This document shows positions 60,031 through 62,778 of a stretch of DNA of 62,778 bases, piece by piece. The notes under the pieces were generated by a model that saw only the letters and a list, made by a program, of their open reading frames with translations, made no database searches and was not told the origin of the DNA. The stretch lies in contig JBNJGP010000003.1 of the NCBI GenBank assembly GCA_051747805.1, positions 1-62,778 on the forward strand, written 5' to 3'. The stretch is from Candidatus Muiribacteriota bacterium (GTDB lineage Bacteria; Muiribacteriota; Muiribacteriia; Muiribacteriales; Muiribacteriaceae). How positions within the stretch are numbered: the first letter of the stretch is position 1; each line of letters starts with the position of its first letter. The position numbers and the translations under genes are program-made.

Positions 60031-60630
60031 TTACATACGGTTTTTATTAACTCTGCAGGTAATTTCAAAGTTAAATACAGGCACATTTTCTGTACCGTCA
60101 TCCATTTCAGTTTTTAAAGCGTTCTCTAAAGTAACTTCGGAAAAATGCTGATTAGCCTTTAATTTTTCAATAAAATTACTTACCACTACCCAGTCATTCT
60201 CGGCAACCCCGGTCATGCTGACGCGATCATCCGGCTGTACATTAAACTGTGTTAGCCATACCCCGGAGCCTTCTCTAAAATCTGTTACCTCGGTTAAAGT
60301 TTCCCAAATTCTCGTCCAGGCAACAACATCATCACCTGTAATAATTTGCCTTACCATATTTATTCTTCTTTTAATATCATTAATCTGACTTATCAAATCA
60401 TCTCTCTGCCTTTCTTTATCTGCAATCTGCTGCTGCTGCTGTTGACGTAGTCGAGATAAGTTATTTTCCAACTCAGAAATAACCTCTCTTTCAGCTTCCA
60501 GTCTTGGTACAAATAAATAATAGCCAACAAGAAAAAGCATCACCAGGCCAATAATTGTCCCGATAGGAAGCTTTGGTAACTTTATTCCGGCTTTCTCCGG
60601 AAGCAGATTAATTTTTATAAATCTGTTCAT
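60031..60630 (-). CDS. pilN: Type IV pilus alignment protein PilN
   Basis: INLLP motif, TM, coiled coil, VWLTQF, VSNFIEKL...FSEV. Confidence 0.88.
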   Translation of the reverse strand: MNRFIKINLLPEKAGIKLPKLPIGTIIGLVMLFLVGYYLFVPRLEAEREVISELENNLSRLRQQQQQQIADKERQRDDLISQINDIKRRINMVRQIITGDDVVAWTRIWETLTEVTDFREGSGVWLTQFNVQPDDRVSMTGVAENDWVVVSNFIEKLKANQHFSEVTLENALKTEMDDGTENVPVFNFEITCRVNKNRM

Positions 60631-61685
60631 AACTTAACTACCTCCCTCAAAGCTAGGCCAAGTGCAGCAGTCAACTCCTGTTGATAATCTTCCAGTTGTT
60701 CTGCATTAGGTACATTTACACTTAATGCCTCATATGGTTCTGCCTGAACCACCTCAATTCCTAATTCATTAGCTAAAAACACATCAATGTTTGCAAGTTT
60801 AGCTGTTCCACCAGTTAATATAATTCTATCTATCTGTTTTTCTCTTGACTGCGCTTTAAAAAAGTCAAATGATCTTCTGATTTCTGAGGCCAACTCTTCA
60901 ACAATAGTATTTATAACATCTGAAATTTCATTTCTATCACTTTCTTCTATTGCAACTCTTCCCTCTTCCTTCTTAATGTTTTCAGCCTGTGAAAGTTCGA
61001 GTTTTAAAACATCTTTTATTACATTACTTATATTATTTCCTGCAATAGTTATATTTCTGTGAAAATCCAGTATTCCGCGCCTTACAATATCAATATTTGT
61101 AGTTGAAGCTCCAATATCTACAACAGCAGTAATACTGTCAGGATCAACCATATGCATAACTGAGTTAATTACCCCGAAACAGTCCACGTCAAGAACTTTT
61201 AAATTTACGCCAGAATTTTTCAAAGTCGTCTGATAAGTATTCATTATTTCTTTAGGAGTACATACAAGTAGAATATAATTTTGTTCAACTTCATCTTCGG
61301 TAATTTCACCTAGTTTAAAAAAGGAAATCTGTACTTCATCTATACTGTACGGAATATACTGCTCTGCCTCAAATTTAATAGCTTCTTTAAGCTCATCATC
61401 TTTCATAATAGGCATTTTAATAAATCGGATTATTGTATTCTGTGCAAGAAGACACCCTACATTATATCCACTTTTTATTTTACTTGCCTTCATAAGCTCT
61501 TTAAGGGTTTCAGTAACTGTTGCTGCATCAACAATATTTCCTTCAACAACAACCCCCTCAAGAGGCAAATGGGCAACACCAAATGCAGTGAGAACAGGTT
61601 CTTTCCCCTGTTTAATCATAACTACTTTTACCGCGCTTGAACCTATATCAATTCCTACAACATTATTTCCACCACCGAAAACCAT
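60627..61685 (-). CDS. pilM: Type IV pilus assembly protein PilM
   Basis: VGIDIGSSAVKVV, AIKFEAEQYIPY, VDIGASTT, ILTGGTAKL, ALGLALR. Confidence 0.94.
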   Translation of the reverse strand: MVFGGGNNVVGIDIGSSAVKVVMIKQGKEPVLTAFGVAHLPLEGVVVEGNIVDAATVTETLKELMKASKIKSGYNVGCLLAQNTIIRFIKMPIMKDDELKEAIKFEAEQYIPYSIDEVQISFFKLGEITEDEVEQNYILLVCTPKEIMNTYQTTLKNSGVNLKVLDVDCFGVINSVMHMVDPDSITAVVDIGASTTNIDIVRRGILDFHRNITIAGNNISNVIKDVLKLELSQAENIKKEEGRVAIEESDRNEISDVINTIVEELASEIRRSFDFFKAQSREKQIDRIILTGGTAKLANIDVFLANELGIEVVQAEPYEALSVNVPNAEQLEDYQQELTAALGLALREVVKL

Positions 61686-61768
61686 GCTAAACTCCTAAAT
61701 AAATTAATTATAGTTTTCCTATATTTTTTTTATCGACAAAACTGTATAAAAGCATTTAATTTTTTTCT

Positions 61769-61797
61769 TTGCCTACTTTAATTATAACGTGTATATT
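61769..61797 (+). promoter_or_regulatory. Sigma70-type promoter for rnhC (probably leaderless)
   Basis: TTGCCT-N17-TATATT; the ATG begins 7 nt after the -10 box and there is no Shine-Dalgarno. Confidence 0.5.
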
Positions 61798-61803
61798 TAA
61801 TCT

Positions 61804-62640
61804 ATGTCATTGACCATTACTCATAATATTAATAATATCGGAATAATCCTTGATTTTTTTAAAAAAAAGGGGTTTATAGAAAAAAATACAGGTCCTTATC
61901 AGTCTGCCTTCTTAAAAAAAGATGGGATAAGCGTAATTATTTATAATTCCCGGAAAATTGTTTTCCAGGGTAAAAATGCCCAGCACTACTTTTCTCTGTT
62001 TAATAAAGAGTTCGGCCAGGAGGAAAGCTCTCATATAGGCTCTGATGAAACTGGAAAAGGAGATTTTTTCGGTCCATTAATTGTTACCGCCTGTTTTGTA
62101 GAAGAAAAAACTATTAATTATATAAAAGAGCTTGGGGTAAGAGACTCTAAAAAAATTACCAGTAACCAGATAAAAAAAATAAACACTCAGATAAAAAAAA
62201 TTATTCCTTATCACATTGTAAGAATTTATCCTGAAAAATTTAATATCCTTTATAAAAGCTTTAATAATATGAATTCGCTTCTTGAATGGGCCCATCAAAA
62301 AGCCCTGAATTCACTTATAAAAAAAACTAAAACAAAAAATATGCCCGTTATAATTGATAAATTTGCAAACAATATTAATATCAAGCTGGATATAAAAACT
62401 CAAATAATTCTGGAACATAAAGCTGAAAGACATACTGGAGTCGCTGCCGCCTCAATTATTTCAAGGGGTGAATTAATAAAATGGTTTGATATAACCTCAA
62501 CTGAATTAGGTTTTTCACTTCCAAAAGGTTGCTCACATGTTAAAGGGGCTGCACAGGCTATAATTGACAAGAAGGGAGTTGACTTTTTAAAAACAGTTTC
62601 AAAAACAAATTTTAAAACTTTTAAAGAACTTCATTTTTAG
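61804..62640 (+). CDS. rnhC: Ribonuclease HIII
   Basis: N-terminal TBP-like domain (ISVIIYNSRKIVFQG), IGSDETGKGDFFGPL, GVRDSK, IIDKF, KAE, VAAASIISR. Confidence 0.92.
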   Translation: MSLTITHNINNIGIILDFFKKKGFIEKNTGPYQSAFLKKDGISVIIYNSRKIVFQGKNAQHYFSLFNKEFGQEESSHIGSDETGKGDFFGPLIVTACFVEEKTINYIKELGVRDSKKITSNQIKKINTQIKKIIPYHIVRIYPEKFNILYKSFNNMNSLLEWAHQKALNSLIKKTKTKNMPVIIDKFANNINIKLDIKTQIILEHKAERHTGVAAASIISRGELIKWFDITSTELGFSLPKGCSHVKGAAQAIIDKKGVDFLKTVSKTNFKTFKELHF

Positions 62641-62778
62641 TTTTAACTTGAGTTTAGCAAATTTTCTTAAAAATCTTTTGTGGTCAGGCCTACATAAAAG
62701 TAAAAAGCTTTCAGCTTAGTAAAATCACCTAAAAGTGATAGTAAAGTTATCTAACGATAACAGTAAATGGTCTGCGAC

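Noticed and set aside
921-62298. Numerous short antisense or overlapping ORFs in the track (e.g. 3716-4075, 7785-8171, 44758-45168, 52439-52906, 59759-60151)
   Set aside because: They lie opposite or inside well-supported genes, lack recognisable motifs, and are expected shadow ORFs
1-62778. tRNA, rRNA, IS elements, prophage genes, selenocysteine or other stop-codon recoding
   Set aside because: No T-loop/anticodon-arm patterns, transposase or integrase motifs, or in-frame stops splitting conserved domains seen by eye; tRNAscan-SE, Infernal and ISEScan would be needed to exclude them formally

Overview
A 62.8 kb, AT-rich, gene-dense stretch of a bacterial chromosome with almost all genes on the minus strand; only the GNAT, DUF2062 and rnhC genes are on the plus strand. 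The host looks like an anaerobic fermenter with an outer membrane. It combines Firmicutes-style operons (tilS-ftsH-folE-folP-folB-folK; rplS-lepB-rbgA; pgpH-ybeY-CNNM-era-recO) with a PilMNOPQ secretin locus; the lineage is inferred and cannot be fixed from this window. Main blocks in order: (1) folate/ftsH/tilS operon headed by three translationally coupled, uncharacterised membrane genes (Zn-ribbon/TM/5xOB-fold protein, TctA-like permease, YdjM-type metal hydrolase with a large insertion) behind a near-consensus sigma70 promoter; (2) mazG-like, fabH, M42 peptidase, GNAT and a partial peptide ABC system; (3) translation and envelope housekeeping genes, ftsEX-envC-ctpA, and two GAF-GGDEF cyclases; (4) metK; (5) a 13.4 kb, 14-gene [FeFe]-hydrogenase operon containing hydG, a putative H2-sensing kinase/phosphatase module with a group D-like HydS, a tetrameric electron-bifurcating-type HndABCD, and a second trimeric enzyme whose beta subunit carries non-bifurcating signatures; (6) pyrFE, pilMNOPQ, rnhC. 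I saw no rRNA, tRNA, CRISPR array or transposase. The best candidates for undescribed biology are the OB-fold/TctA-like/YdjM module and the tandem bifurcating plus non-bifurcating hydrogenases under a shared sensory module. All family calls come from motif recognition by eye; no searches were run.
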